Shown: positions 50,001 to 57,769 of the stretch, one piece after another | Position numbering within the stretch: the first letter of the stretch is position 1 | Layout of the letters: every line of letters begins with the position of its first letter | Source of the DNA: Myxococcota bacterium | Lineage (GTDB): Bacteria; Myxococcota_A; Polyangia; Nannocystales; Nannocystaceae | DNA length: 64,000 nt | Direction of reading: 5' to 3' | NCBI GenBank assembly: GCA_039028615.1 | Contig: JBCCHT010000003.1 | Span: 224,001-288,000 of the forward strand | Position numbers and translations under genes: made by a program | The notes under the pieces: model-generated | Database searches by the model: none | Seen by the model: the letters and a program-made list of their open reading frames with translations, nothing else | Told to the model about the DNA's origin: nothing

Positions 50001-50500
50001 TGCAGGTGCTCGTCGATGGTGAGCCGGGGGCACGGAGGCCGGTGAAGGTCGTACGGCGCGGCCGCGATGGCGGGGCAACAGTGACCGGTCTGACAGATGA
50101 CGGCGGTGTCGCTCGATTCGAGCTCCCGGTCGCCCGATACAACGTGTTCGTCGGCGAGCACTCCCGCAAGGTCAAGGTCGCCGAAGAAGCCAGCGCCAAC
50201 AAACCGTTGGTGTTCAGGCTCTCGGCCGCGGATGCGCCCGGTCCGGTCGTCGATCCCGACGAAGGCTCGCTCGCGGTGACGGTGGTGGACCACGAGGAGC
50301 CTGAGCGCTCCGTGCCTGATCTGTTCGTCGTGGTCGAGGGGACCGATGGAACCAGCGAGGGGCAGTTTACCGACGTCGAGGGCACGGCCATCTTCGAGCT
50401 GGCGAAGGGCCGCTACGACATCGACGTCAACGGAGAAACGGCCCGCGGAGAGGTCCAGCCTGGTCGAACCACAGCCGTCACCATCGAGGTTGAACTCTGA
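47027..50500 (+). CDS. Multidomain M23 peptidase / peptidoglycan-binding protein with C-terminal beta-sandwich repeats (effector-like)
   Basis: HQGID, YGN, YAH, VGNTG, HLHFE (M23); FPLGANNLWHGGVH; two PG-binding-like units (AIEAFQ...DGKI, AIRDFQ...DGIVGP); C-terminal TDxxG.A.F repeats; no signal peptide. Confidence 0.85.
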   Translation: MSFERNPVPGSPPPLPLQCKDFDPITGEQVGSECRKQQQAHHERMLELDPEERKKLGRFDCTKHGTGRKNCNRRTFLYPRKVNKKGNFHVHQGIDLFPGPLSEGRPSPDRILSVTSGQVCCVLEWDGVTSGYGNVIAVYNDRLDMTFWYAHCKAVFFKEGETVREQELIAIVGNTGFAGGLHLHFEVHRGKSKHPLRGERTPYDEGGSPRRLNPHIVLESLGPWGATQLFLPGGTEVEDATVAELHKEVETSREGGCFPLGANNLWHGGVHVRTPPRADLHAPFDGDIVAIRLDPDPATAMGRFGSMNFVLMRHEISESIFERLQRKEPGEPEEPEQPAPTRPPAVGRRSSNPPDRVAQVEQRLRELLDEHGQPFYAFEGPALLEDGKLRREFQDAIEAFQSTLDSPYSPSRAWPDGKISIGGYTWRALFPEGPPGTDDPETPEIPPPAEEDPTRVVFSLFMHVGAVPIDAALVSRIRWLEHARIPGGSKPADDDDARAEHQADLEEAKYRIETAVGRDPDEPGSEGAPADIEWVQRRLQRHTSYRFHEATEAGVFSDALDRAIRDFQAQFVPFFARRGHAPDGIVGPRGSTRRTLAKPATELKPAGVPVVDPEFLAAIEARDEAGHAAVVSGLKIPVAAKDVLWVAGQTQAILADGSGPMRSMVHWEIFSEHQVMGAWDDAKLEDTTLDLSLDVPEQLFDLVETLELPGVAKDDFITPLEMVEFYAGEDAKLLRQTPCRFLSEWGLDLPAAVAAVARMGFDTSGLEADLEPYLWWNAAADVLPASPIVWHYNPIELARVYQGEVDALKPREFDDTTHPTLVVRVLFDNGVLMPKATVSVIQGGATIASGRTLEDGERRFRGLPVGSYEVLVDGSSVASHRVELSGGPPTLLEVETTVPGPPPKRGTIFVNVRKEHTGLRPRFDVAVSLREASGAEVATGVAKRGKAAFESVEFGDYVLHAGEATPVEITLDRKKKTASTLVLPPPIRTLTVQVLVDGEPGARRPVKVVRRGRDGGATVTGLTDDGGVARFELPVARYNVFVGEHSRKVKVAEEASANKPLVFRLSAADAPGPVVDPDEGSLAVTVVDHEEPERSVPDLFVVVEGTDGTSEGQFTDVEGTAIFELAKGRYDIDVNGETARGEVQPGRTTAVTIEVEL

Positions 50501-50512
50501 GCGGCCGCCCCA

Positions 50513-51265
50513 TCACGCCGAGTTGTGCACGGCGGCCTCGAGATGCGGCTGCGGGGGCACGATGCCCGTGCGGCCTTGCCACTGCCCGTGCTCGCTGATG
50601 CAGGCGTAGCGCAGGGTGGTGAACTCGAGGTGGAAGTCTTTGCGGCTGCGCTCGGCCATGGCCGCGGCGTGGCGCTTGGGGGCGGGGACCTTGCTGTGGC
50701 CGTGCACCATGTCCTTCATCTCGCGGGCGTTGTGCCAGATGGTGAAGGTCGAGATGGTTCGGAAGGGGCGGGCGGCCGCGAGGGCGAGGGTGGTGCCGGG
50801 GTGATCCCGCACGAGGCGCTCGACCGGCTTGCCCCAACGAAGGAAGCGCGGCACCTGTAGGAATCGGACGCGGGCGATGGTGACGGCGACGGTAGGGGCG
50901 TCGAGGTCGGTCTCGGCGGCGGTGCGTGGGAGGCCTTCGAGGGCGGCGAGCGAGCCCCAGCGGCGGAGGAAGCGAAGGCGGACGTGCCAGCCCGCGGCGA
51001 GCGTTCGGCCCAGGCGGGTCTGGGCGAGGAACTCGTCGATGGCCGCTTCGCGGTCCCAGGCGGCGAACATGGCGAGGTGCCGCACCTGCCAGCGCCACGG
51101 GGAGAGAATGGAGGCGCCCAGGCGCATGGGGAACATGCACTCGGCGTGGCGCAGGCCGGGCACGGTGGCCGAGGTCGGCGGTCGCAGCAGGGCCATGCCC
51201 ACCCTCGCGAGGCCCGGTGCCGCCAAGTGGAAGGTATGCACCGTCACGGGGTCAACGTAGCGCAT
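50513..51265 (-). CDS. Spheroidene monooxygenase (CrtA)-like protein
   Basis: PGLR, FAAW, GSL, VAVTIARVR...RFLRW, TFTIW...H.AAM pattern recalled for CrtA-like proteins; function unproven. Confidence 0.6.
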   Translation of the reverse strand: MRYVDPVTVHTFHLAAPGLARVGMALLRPPTSATVPGLRHAECMFPMRLGASILSPWRWQVRHLAMFAAWDREAAIDEFLAQTRLGRTLAAGWHVRLRFLRRWGSLAALEGLPRTAAETDLDAPTVAVTIARVRFLQVPRFLRWGKPVERLVRDHPGTTLALAAARPFRTISTFTIWHNAREMKDMVHGHSKVPAPKRHAAAMAERSRKDFHLEFTTLRYACISEHGQWQGRTGIVPPQPHLEAAVHNSA

Positions 51266-51322
51266 GAAGGCGCACGCGTCCGGTCGATTGGGACGGCTCT
51301 GGTACTCTGCCGCGAACGATCC

Positions 51323-52342
51323 GTGCTGCTGACTTCCGCACTGTGGCTGGCGTTCGGAGGCCAACCGATCGAGCCGGAGATCGTCCCGCCCGATCCGCCC
51401 GCCGCGGACTACGTGCTGGACTGGGAGGCGCCCGCGTCGTGCCCCGATGCGAGCACGATCGAGGCCCGCGTGGCCGCGCTGACGGCGGGGCAGGAGCATG
51501 GCGAAGGCACGCTGGAGATCGTGGGCCGGGTGCAGGAGCAGGGCGCGGGGTTCGTGCTCACGCTGACCACGACGTTGCGCGAGACGAGCGGGGAGCGGCA
51601 GCTGCAGTCGACGCGCTGCGCCGAGCTGGCGGAGACGGTGGCGCTGGTGGTGGCGGTGTCGCTCGATCCCACGGTCTCGGGCTCGGCCCCGCGCAAGGAC
51701 GAGACCGAAGAGTCCGAAGCAGGGGTGCCGGATCCAAGCGAGGAGGCGCAGGCCGAAGAGCCGCAGGAGGTCCGCCCGTCGCGAACCACCTCGAGCACTC
51801 CCGAGCGCTCGGAACGACGCCGACCCGCGCGACGGTGGAATCGCCCCGGCCCGATCCTGCGCGCAGGCGTCGGCCCGGAGTGGGGAGCATTGCCGGGCAT
51901 CACCGCGGGGCTCCGTTTGGCGATCGGCATGGGCTGGCCATCGCTCCGCGTGATGGTCGTGGGCAGCTACCTGACGCCGCGCCGCGACGAGGGGCCGCCA
52001 CCGAGCGCCGCGCTGCATCAACAGGGCATGGTCGGCGTGCTCGGCTGCGGGGTGCCTCGCGTGGGGGCGTGGGCGTGGCCGCTTTGTGCAGGCATCGAGG
52101 CGGGCGGGGTGCGGATCGATGGGCGCGGGCTCCAGCAACCACGCACGTTCGTGGGCCCCTGGCTGGGTCCGGTGGCGAGCGCGGGGGTGGTGCGCCGCGT
52201 GGGACGCGTGGGGCTGTGGCTCGATGTCGAGGGCGTGGTGCGCGGGGTCGCGACCCAGGTTTTCATCTCGGAATCATTGATCTTTAGGCCGCGAGCGGGG
52301 TCGCTGCGGGCGCTGGCCGGGGTCGAAATTTCGTGGCCATAG
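51323..52342 (+). CDS. Hypothetical exported protein with a beta-barrel-like C-terminus (myxobacterial ECF-associated type)
   Basis: WEAPASCP...ERQL...CAELAETVALVVA motif; amphipathic strands at the C-terminus; GTG start inferred. Confidence 0.72.
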   Translation: MLLTSALWLAFGGQPIEPEIVPPDPPAADYVLDWEAPASCPDASTIEARVAALTAGQEHGEGTLEIVGRVQEQGAGFVLTLTTTLRETSGERQLQSTRCAELAETVALVVAVSLDPTVSGSAPRKDETEESEAGVPDPSEEAQAEEPQEVRPSRTTSSTPERSERRRPARRWNRPGPILRAGVGPEWGALPGITAGLRLAIGMGWPSLRVMVVGSYLTPRRDEGPPPSAALHQQGMVGVLGCGVPRVGAWAWPLCAGIEAGGVRIDGRGLQQPRTFVGPWLGPVASAGVVRRVGRVGLWLDVEGVVRGVATQVFISESLIFRPRAGSLRALAGVEISWP

Positions 52343-52375
52343 ATTGCGGCCGAGCCGGACAATAGGTGATTCGAG

Positions 52376-53593
52376 GTGCCTTCTTCCGTGCTCGAGATTC
52401 GCGGTTTTCGCGCGGTGTACCGCGAGCACTACGGGTTCGTGTGGGCGGTCGTGCGGCGGCTCGGGGTGCCCACCGCGTTGGTCGACGACGCGCTGCAAGA
52501 CACCTTCGTGGTCGCGTATCGCCGTCGCGAAGAGTTCGCTGGGGAGTCGATCCGCCCGTGGCTGTACGGCATCGCGCGAGGCATCGCGAGCAACTACCGA
52601 CGGTCGGCGCAGCGATCGGCCCGCAAGCATCGGGCGATCGCACAGGCCTCGACTCGATCGACACGCTCGGCCGAGTCGCAGGTGGTGCTGCACGATCTCG
52701 ATCGCTTCTTGGGTGACCTGTCCGCGCGCGACCGAGAGTTGTTCGTGCTGTCGGAGGTCGAGGGCTTCACCGGGCCGGAGCTGGCGTCGGCGCTCGGCTG
52801 CAAGATGAGCACGGCCTACGGCCGAGTGCGATCGCTGCGGCAGCGCTTTGCGGAGCAAGGCGACGCGGGAGGCTTGCGGCGGTCTCGACAGCAGCGTCCA
52901 CGGGCGCGGGCGGGCGCATGGGTCGGCTTCGTGCACGCGGTCTCGGCCAAGCCCGCGGGGTGGCTGGGCTTGGGTGCGGCGGCCTCGAACCTGGTGGCGG
53001 CGGGTGTGGGGGCGACGACGGCGGGGTTGGTGATCGCGGGGGTGATCGCGGTGAGAGGCCCGGCCGAGCCCACCGCGTCGGCGCCGACCGAACACGTGGA
53101 GCCTGCGGTCGCAGCTCGCGACCGCCCTGAACCTGCTCGTGACTCCAGTCCTGCGGACGAGGCTCCCCCCTCGCCGCCGAGCGAGCCCGAGGTCGTGCCG
53201 GCCAAGGTCGCAGTTCAAACGCCCGCTCCGAGCTCGCCATCGCAAGTCCGTTCGGATCGGCCGGTGACGACCGAGCTCTCGCCTCCCCTCGCCCCGGATG
53301 CGCTCGCGGAGGAAAACGCCCTGCTGCGTGGTGCTGCGACCGCGCTCAGCGAGGAGGCCCCCGACCGTGCACTCGCGGCCATGCGCACGCATGCGCAGCG
53401 GTTCCCCGGCAGTGCCCTGTCCGATCTCCGCACGGCGTTGCGCATCGAAGCGCTCTGCGCCCTGGGCAACGAGGCGCAAGCGCGGGGTGAGGCCGCCGCC
53501 TACGAGGCCGCCCACCCGCAATCGCCGACGCTTCAGAGAATTCGACATGCATGTCCGGCACAAACCGCGTCGTCCGGACAATCGGAAGGTTGA
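52376..53593 (+). CDS. ECF RNA polymerase sigma-70 factor fused to a TM, Pro-rich linker and TPR-like extension
   Basis: YREHYGFVW...DDALQDTF...WLYGIAR (region 2); RELFVLSEVEG...ELA (region 4); C-terminal LAEENALL...HAQRFP...IEALC. Confidence 0.88.
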   Translation: MPSSVLEIRGFRAVYREHYGFVWAVVRRLGVPTALVDDALQDTFVVAYRRREEFAGESIRPWLYGIARGIASNYRRSAQRSARKHRAIAQASTRSTRSAESQVVLHDLDRFLGDLSARDRELFVLSEVEGFTGPELASALGCKMSTAYGRVRSLRQRFAEQGDAGGLRRSRQQRPRARAGAWVGFVHAVSAKPAGWLGLGAAASNLVAAGVGATTAGLVIAGVIAVRGPAEPTASAPTEHVEPAVAARDRPEPARDSSPADEAPPSPPSEPEVVPAKVAVQTPAPSSPSQVRSDRPVTTELSPPLAPDALAEENALLRGAATALSEEAPDRALAAMRTHAQRFPGSALSDLRTALRIEALCALGNEAQARGEAAAYEAAHPQSPTLQRIRHACPAQTASSGQSEG

Positions 53594-54945
53594 TGAGCGA
53601 GTTCCCCATTCATGGTCTTTCGATACGCGCCGCCCTGGTGGCCTCGGCACTGAGTCTCGGTGGTTGCATCATCGACGCCGACCTGGGCAATGCAGCGAGT
53701 GAATCCTCGGGCACGACCGGGGGCAGCATCACGGAAACCGGGCTGGGCGGGAGCGAGTCGACGGTCACCGACATGGGCCCTCCGGGCAGCGGCTCGGGCA
53801 ACGTCTCGACCTCGGGCGGCTCGTCGACCTCGGGTGATGCGAGCTCGAGCGGCGAGGACCCCTCGGCCGAAGGCTCCACGGGCGAGCCCATCTTCGAGTG
53901 CCCCGGGGCCCCGGGCGAGGCCCAGTGCAGCCCCTCGGAGCAAGATTGCCCCGCGGGTTTTCGCTGCATCCCTTGGGCCACCGACGGCGGCATTCAGCCC
54001 GATTCCTCGACCTGCGTGCCGCTCAGCGACACTCCGGCCGCGCGCTTCGAGCCGTGCGAGATCGATGCCGAGACCTGCAGCGACAACTGTGGCGCGGGTG
54101 ACTATTGCTTCCCCGACACCGGGTCCGGCGGAAACCTGTGCCTGGGCATCTGCGACCAAGACGGCGACGACGCGACCTGCGATGCGGGCGAGGCCTGCTC
54201 GACCTGCGCGAAGTGTTTCTTCGGGACCTGTTTCGGCGGCTGCGATCCCCTCGACCCGATGTGTCCCGAGGAGGCGTCGACCTGCGAGTGGGGCACGTCC
54301 ATCCAAGGCTTCGGCTGCCTGCCGATCCCCGAGGGCACGTCCGCGGTCGGTGAGCCCTGCGACGCTCTCGATCGCTGCGAGGAGGGGGCGATGTGCATCA
54401 GCGCCGAGCTGCTCGATTGCGGCGGGCCCATCGGGTGCTGCACCGAGCTGTGCGATCTCGAGGACGGCGACCCCGGGTGCAGCAATCCCGCCCACGAGTG
54501 CATCACGCTGTTCTTCCCCGATCCCGCCCCTCCGGGACAGGAGCACGTGGGCTACTGCGGGCCGCCCGAGCTCGACCCCTGCCTGACCCCGGGCAACTGT
54601 CCCCCCGAGGACATCGACGACAGCGTGCCGTGGTGCTCGCTGGCCAACGAAGGCAACTGCCCCACGGGCCTGGCGGTGGCGGGCTTCTTCAACGGCATCG
54701 ATTGCGAGCAGACCTGCACCTGCGAGATCCCGTGCATGGACGACATCGACTGCCCGGTGCCGGCCACGGGCACCGCGACCGGCGAGTGCGTGACCGAGCC
54801 CTTCGGCGTGGGCAGCCCCGTCACCTGCCTGTATCCCTGCGACGGCGGCGAGGTCTGCCCCGATGGCATGACCTGCTCCGACGAGCTGACCGGCGACTTC
54901 CACTGTGTCTGGGTCTCGCCGGGCGACCCCACCGAGTGCATCTAG
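53593..54945 (+). CDS. Very Cys-rich acidic lipoprotein
   Basis: TGATG coupling to the sigma gene; lipobox LGGC; QDCPAGFRCIPW, CCTELCD motifs. Confidence 0.85.
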   Translation: MSEFPIHGLSIRAALVASALSLGGCIIDADLGNAASESSGTTGGSITETGLGGSESTVTDMGPPGSGSGNVSTSGGSSTSGDASSSGEDPSAEGSTGEPIFECPGAPGEAQCSPSEQDCPAGFRCIPWATDGGIQPDSSTCVPLSDTPAARFEPCEIDAETCSDNCGAGDYCFPDTGSGGNLCLGICDQDGDDATCDAGEACSTCAKCFFGTCFGGCDPLDPMCPEEASTCEWGTSIQGFGCLPIPEGTSAVGEPCDALDRCEEGAMCISAELLDCGGPIGCCTELCDLEDGDPGCSNPAHECITLFFPDPAPPGQEHVGYCGPPELDPCLTPGNCPPEDIDDSVPWCSLANEGNCPTGLAVAGFFNGIDCEQTCTCEIPCMDDIDCPVPATGTATGECVTEPFGVGSPVTCLYPCDGGEVCPDGMTCSDELTGDFHCVWVSPGDPTECI

Positions 54946-54987
54946 CGGGGGAGCACCGCATCGGCGCTGGCGCGACGACGAGCTCGG

Positions 54988-56025
54988 GTGTTATGGCCAG
55001 GCGTGCCTTCGCGTCGCCTCATCGCTCGAGTTTGTCGTCCGCTCGTCGCACTCGGGCTCGTGGGGCTCGGCGCCTGCTTTGCCGCCGAGCCCTCGAACGA
55101 TGGCTCGGTCGCTCCGGTCGAGTCGGCGCAGACGGCCCGCAGTGCGGCCGAGGCCTCGCCCACCACGACGAAGGCCGCGGTCGAGTCGGGCTCGAGCGTC
55201 GTCGAGGTCGACGGGCACCCCATCAAGGTCTGGCACCGTCGCCCCGCCGACGCCCGTGACGTCATCGTGCTCGTGCACGGTCGGACTTGGAGCGCCCAGC
55301 CAGATTTCGATCTCCAGGTGCCGGGCGAGTCGCGCTCGACCATGGACATGCTGGTCGCCGAGGGCTTCGCCGTGTATGCGGTCGACCAGCGCGGCTACGG
55401 GGGCACGCCGCGGGACGACAGCGGCTGGCTCACCCCCGACCGCGCCGCCGAAGACCTGGCGGCGGTGCTCGCCTGGGTTCACGAGCAGCACCCGTCGCTG
55501 CCCGTGCCTTCGGTCTTGGGCTGGTCCCTCGGTTCACTGGTCGGCCAGCTCACCGCGCAGCGACACCCCGAAGCACTCTCGTCGCTGGTGCTCTTCGGCT
55601 ATCCCCGTGATCCCGATCAGCACTACCCGCAAGGCCCCGACGCTTCGGCTCCGCCTCCGCGCAAGGCCACCACGGCCGAGGCTGCGGCCGAGGACTTCAT
55701 CGTGCCCGGGTCGATCTCCAAGGCCGCGATCGACGAGTTCGTTCGGGCCGCGCTCCAGGCCGATCCGGTGCGCATGGACTGGCGAGGCACCGAGCAATGG
55801 AACGCGCTCGATCCCTCGGCCGTGAAGACGCCGACCTTGGTGATCCACGGCGAGCGTGATCCCTACGCTCCCGTCGCCAACCAGGCGAAGCTCTTCACCC
55901 GACTCGCGAGTCCCGACCGGCAATGGGTGATCGTGCCGGGTGGTGATCATGCTGCACACATGGAAAATTGTGCACCGCGGTTCTTGCAGTCGGTGGTGCA
56001 GTTTCTGCGTCGCCCCGTTGGTTGA
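54988..56025 (+). CDS. Alpha/beta hydrolase, probable lipoprotein
   Basis: LVHG, DQRGYG, GWSLG nucleophile elbow, PTLVIHGERD, GDHAAH. Confidence 0.9.
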   Translation: MLWPGVPSRRLIARVCRPLVALGLVGLGACFAAEPSNDGSVAPVESAQTARSAAEASPTTTKAAVESGSSVVEVDGHPIKVWHRRPADARDVIVLVHGRTWSAQPDFDLQVPGESRSTMDMLVAEGFAVYAVDQRGYGGTPRDDSGWLTPDRAAEDLAAVLAWVHEQHPSLPVPSVLGWSLGSLVGQLTAQRHPEALSSLVLFGYPRDPDQHYPQGPDASAPPPRKATTAEAAAEDFIVPGSISKAAIDEFVRAALQADPVRMDWRGTEQWNALDPSAVKTPTLVIHGERDPYAPVANQAKLFTRLASPDRQWVIVPGGDHAAHMENCAPRFLQSVVQFLRRPVG

Positions 56026-56114
56026 ATCCAGGTCGGCCGAACATTCGATTCGAATCGACGATCTGTCGCACCGCATTTGTTGACGACCGAGTGTCTGCTC
56101 GTCAGCATGTGTAG

Positions 56115-56618
56115 ATGCGACTGCGTTCGATCATTGTGGCTTCTGCACTGACCTTGACCTTCGGCTGTGGCGACGACAGCAGCGGTGACTCTGGAGCGGG
56201 CAGCGACAGCACCGGGCACGTCCACGAGACCGAGGGGCACGACACCGAAGACGAAGCGACCGAGACCGCCGAGCAGACGACGGGTGAAGACGGCGACAGC
56301 TCTTCGGGCGGCGACGATGCGGGCACCTCGACGGGCAGCGCCGAGTCGACGGGCAGCGCCGAGTCGACGGGCAGCGCCGAGTCCACCGGCGACGCCGGGG
56401 TCTGCATGGATTTCTGCGGGCGCTACTTCGCCGTCTGTGGAGAGAGCATGAACAACGACTACGGCGACATCGCCGGGTGCGAGGAAGCGTGTGCCGGGTA
56501 CAGCGAAGAGCAGTACGACTGCCGCCTCGAGCACCTCGAGAACGCAGAGAACGACATGCCCGAGCCGCACTGTGGCCACGCCAACATCGACGGCGGCATG
56601 CCCTGCGGCAACACCTGA
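56115..56618 (+). CDS. Small acidic Cys-rich lipoprotein
   Basis: Lipobox TFGC; low-complexity linker; CRLEHL...HCGHA C-terminal motif. Confidence 0.82.
   Translation: MRLRSIIVASALTLTFGCGDDSSGDSGAGSDSTGHVHETEGHDTEDEATETAEQTTGEDGDSSSGGDDAGTSTGSAESTGSAESTGSAESTGDAGVCMDFCGRYFAVCGESMNNDYGDIAGCEEACAGYSEEQYDCRLEHLENAENDMPEPHCGHANIDGGMPCGNT
56328..56381 (+). repeat. Perfect tandem repeat, 3 x 18 bp (STGSAE)
   Basis: TCGACGGGCAGCGCCGAG three times, in frame. Confidence 0.9.
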
Positions 56619-56632
56619 GCTTCCACCTTCGC

Positions 56633-56662
56633 CCGCCGACACCTCGCGCGTGGTGTCGGCGG
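56633..56662. terminator. Stem-loop downstream of the lipoprotein gene
   Basis: CCGCCGACACC-N8-GGTGTCGGCGG; no U-tract. Confidence 0.45.
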
Positions 56663-56745
56663 TGGCTCGAGCAAGGGTGAGCGGCGCATCGTTTTGTGCT
56701 TCACTCGATGAACGACGCAATCACTTGTGTTGCTTTCCCTGTTCG

Positions 56746-56777
56746 TGCACACCGGTGTGCATCGACATGCACACCGG
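56746..56777. promoter_or_regulatory. Nested inverted repeats upstream of the lipid operon
   Basis: TGCACACCGGTGTGCA palindrome overlapping CCGGTGTGCAT-CGAC-ATGCACACCGG. Confidence 0.5.
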
Positions 56778-57078
56778 ATCCGTGTCAGGCGCAGTGAGTT
56801 TTGCGTCGGCGGTCAAAAGTAGGGTTCGTGCCGACCGCCGGTCGTGAGACTCCCAGAGTCCGGCCGCAAGCGTTCGCAATTACCCAGCATTCCTAGATCT
56901 CCCGTGCCGAGGCCCGACTGGGCGGGCCGGTCTCGACCGCCCTTGCGAAGCGCGAGCATGCGGGTATGCTGCCGGCCGCTCGCCCGTTGCCTTCCGACCG
57001 GTCAGTTGGCCTCGGAGGTCCCACTAGCACGCCGAAATCGGCGACTCGGGTTCTGGGGGAGCACAGGAGACAACGCCG

Positions 57079-57759
57079 ATGAGCGACAAGAACAGCGCGG
57101 CTTTCTTTCGAGCCGAGGGAGTTCTGATCTCGCGCGGGGTGGTCCACGCGGCGGCCTGGATGGCCTCGCAACGGGCTGGTCTGCGGGAACGAACGATTCG
57201 CTTCGGACAGGCAGCACTCGCGGCGCCGCTGTTCGGCCTGCTGGGCCAGAACGACCGCAGCCTGGGCAACCGCGTGGCGCACCTCGCCTACCGCGACATG
57301 ACCGAGGACCGGATCACGGTGCTCGCCGAGGAGTACGTCGACGACATCCTCGACGGGAAGATCCTCGACAGCGGGATCGAACTCATCAAAAAGGCCCGTA
57401 AGGAAGGGCACCGCATCGTGGTGCTCTCCGAGGGGATCTCCGAAATCATGGAGCGGGTCATCGAGCAGCACGTGCGCGGCGTCGACGATCTGGTCTGCAA
57501 CCACCTCGAGTACAAGGACTACAAGGCGACCGGCAAGCTGCTCGACCCCGTGATCGGGGGCTACGAGGGCGGCCGCTTCATTCGCGACTACGCCGAGGAG
57601 CACGGCATCGACCTGTCCCGCTCCGTGGCGTACGCCGGTCACGGCCCCGACCTGCTGCTGCTGTCGTCGGTCGGCCAGCCCTGCGTCGTCAACCCCGATT
57701 TCACCCTGCGCAAGGCCGCCAAGGAAGCGGACTGGCCCGTGGTGGACTACTCGGCCTGA
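57079..57759 (+). CDS. HAD-IB (SerB-like) family protein with degenerate catalytic motifs
   Basis: AAFFRAEGVL (motif I position), GHRIVVLS, ATGKL, IDLSRSVAYAG, PCVVNPD..LR..A....WP; AGGAG SD. Confidence 0.82.
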   Translation: MSDKNSAAFFRAEGVLISRGVVHAAAWMASQRAGLRERTIRFGQAALAAPLFGLLGQNDRSLGNRVAHLAYRDMTEDRITVLAEEYVDDILDGKILDSGIELIKKARKEGHRIVVLSEGISEIMERVIEQHVRGVDDLVCNHLEYKDYKATGKLLDPVIGGYEGGRFIRDYAEEHGIDLSRSVAYAGHGPDLLLLSSVGQPCVVNPDFTLRKAAKEADWPVVDYSA

Positions 57760-57769
57760 GGGGGACGCC

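Noticed and set aside
34280..50500. Prophage or integrative element inserted at the tRNA array
   Set aside because: No integrase, transposase or phage genes, and no duplicated tRNA 3' end was seen in the window.
56328..56381. 18-bp repeats as a CRISPR array
   Set aside because: No spacers; in-frame coding linker repeat; no cas genes in the window.
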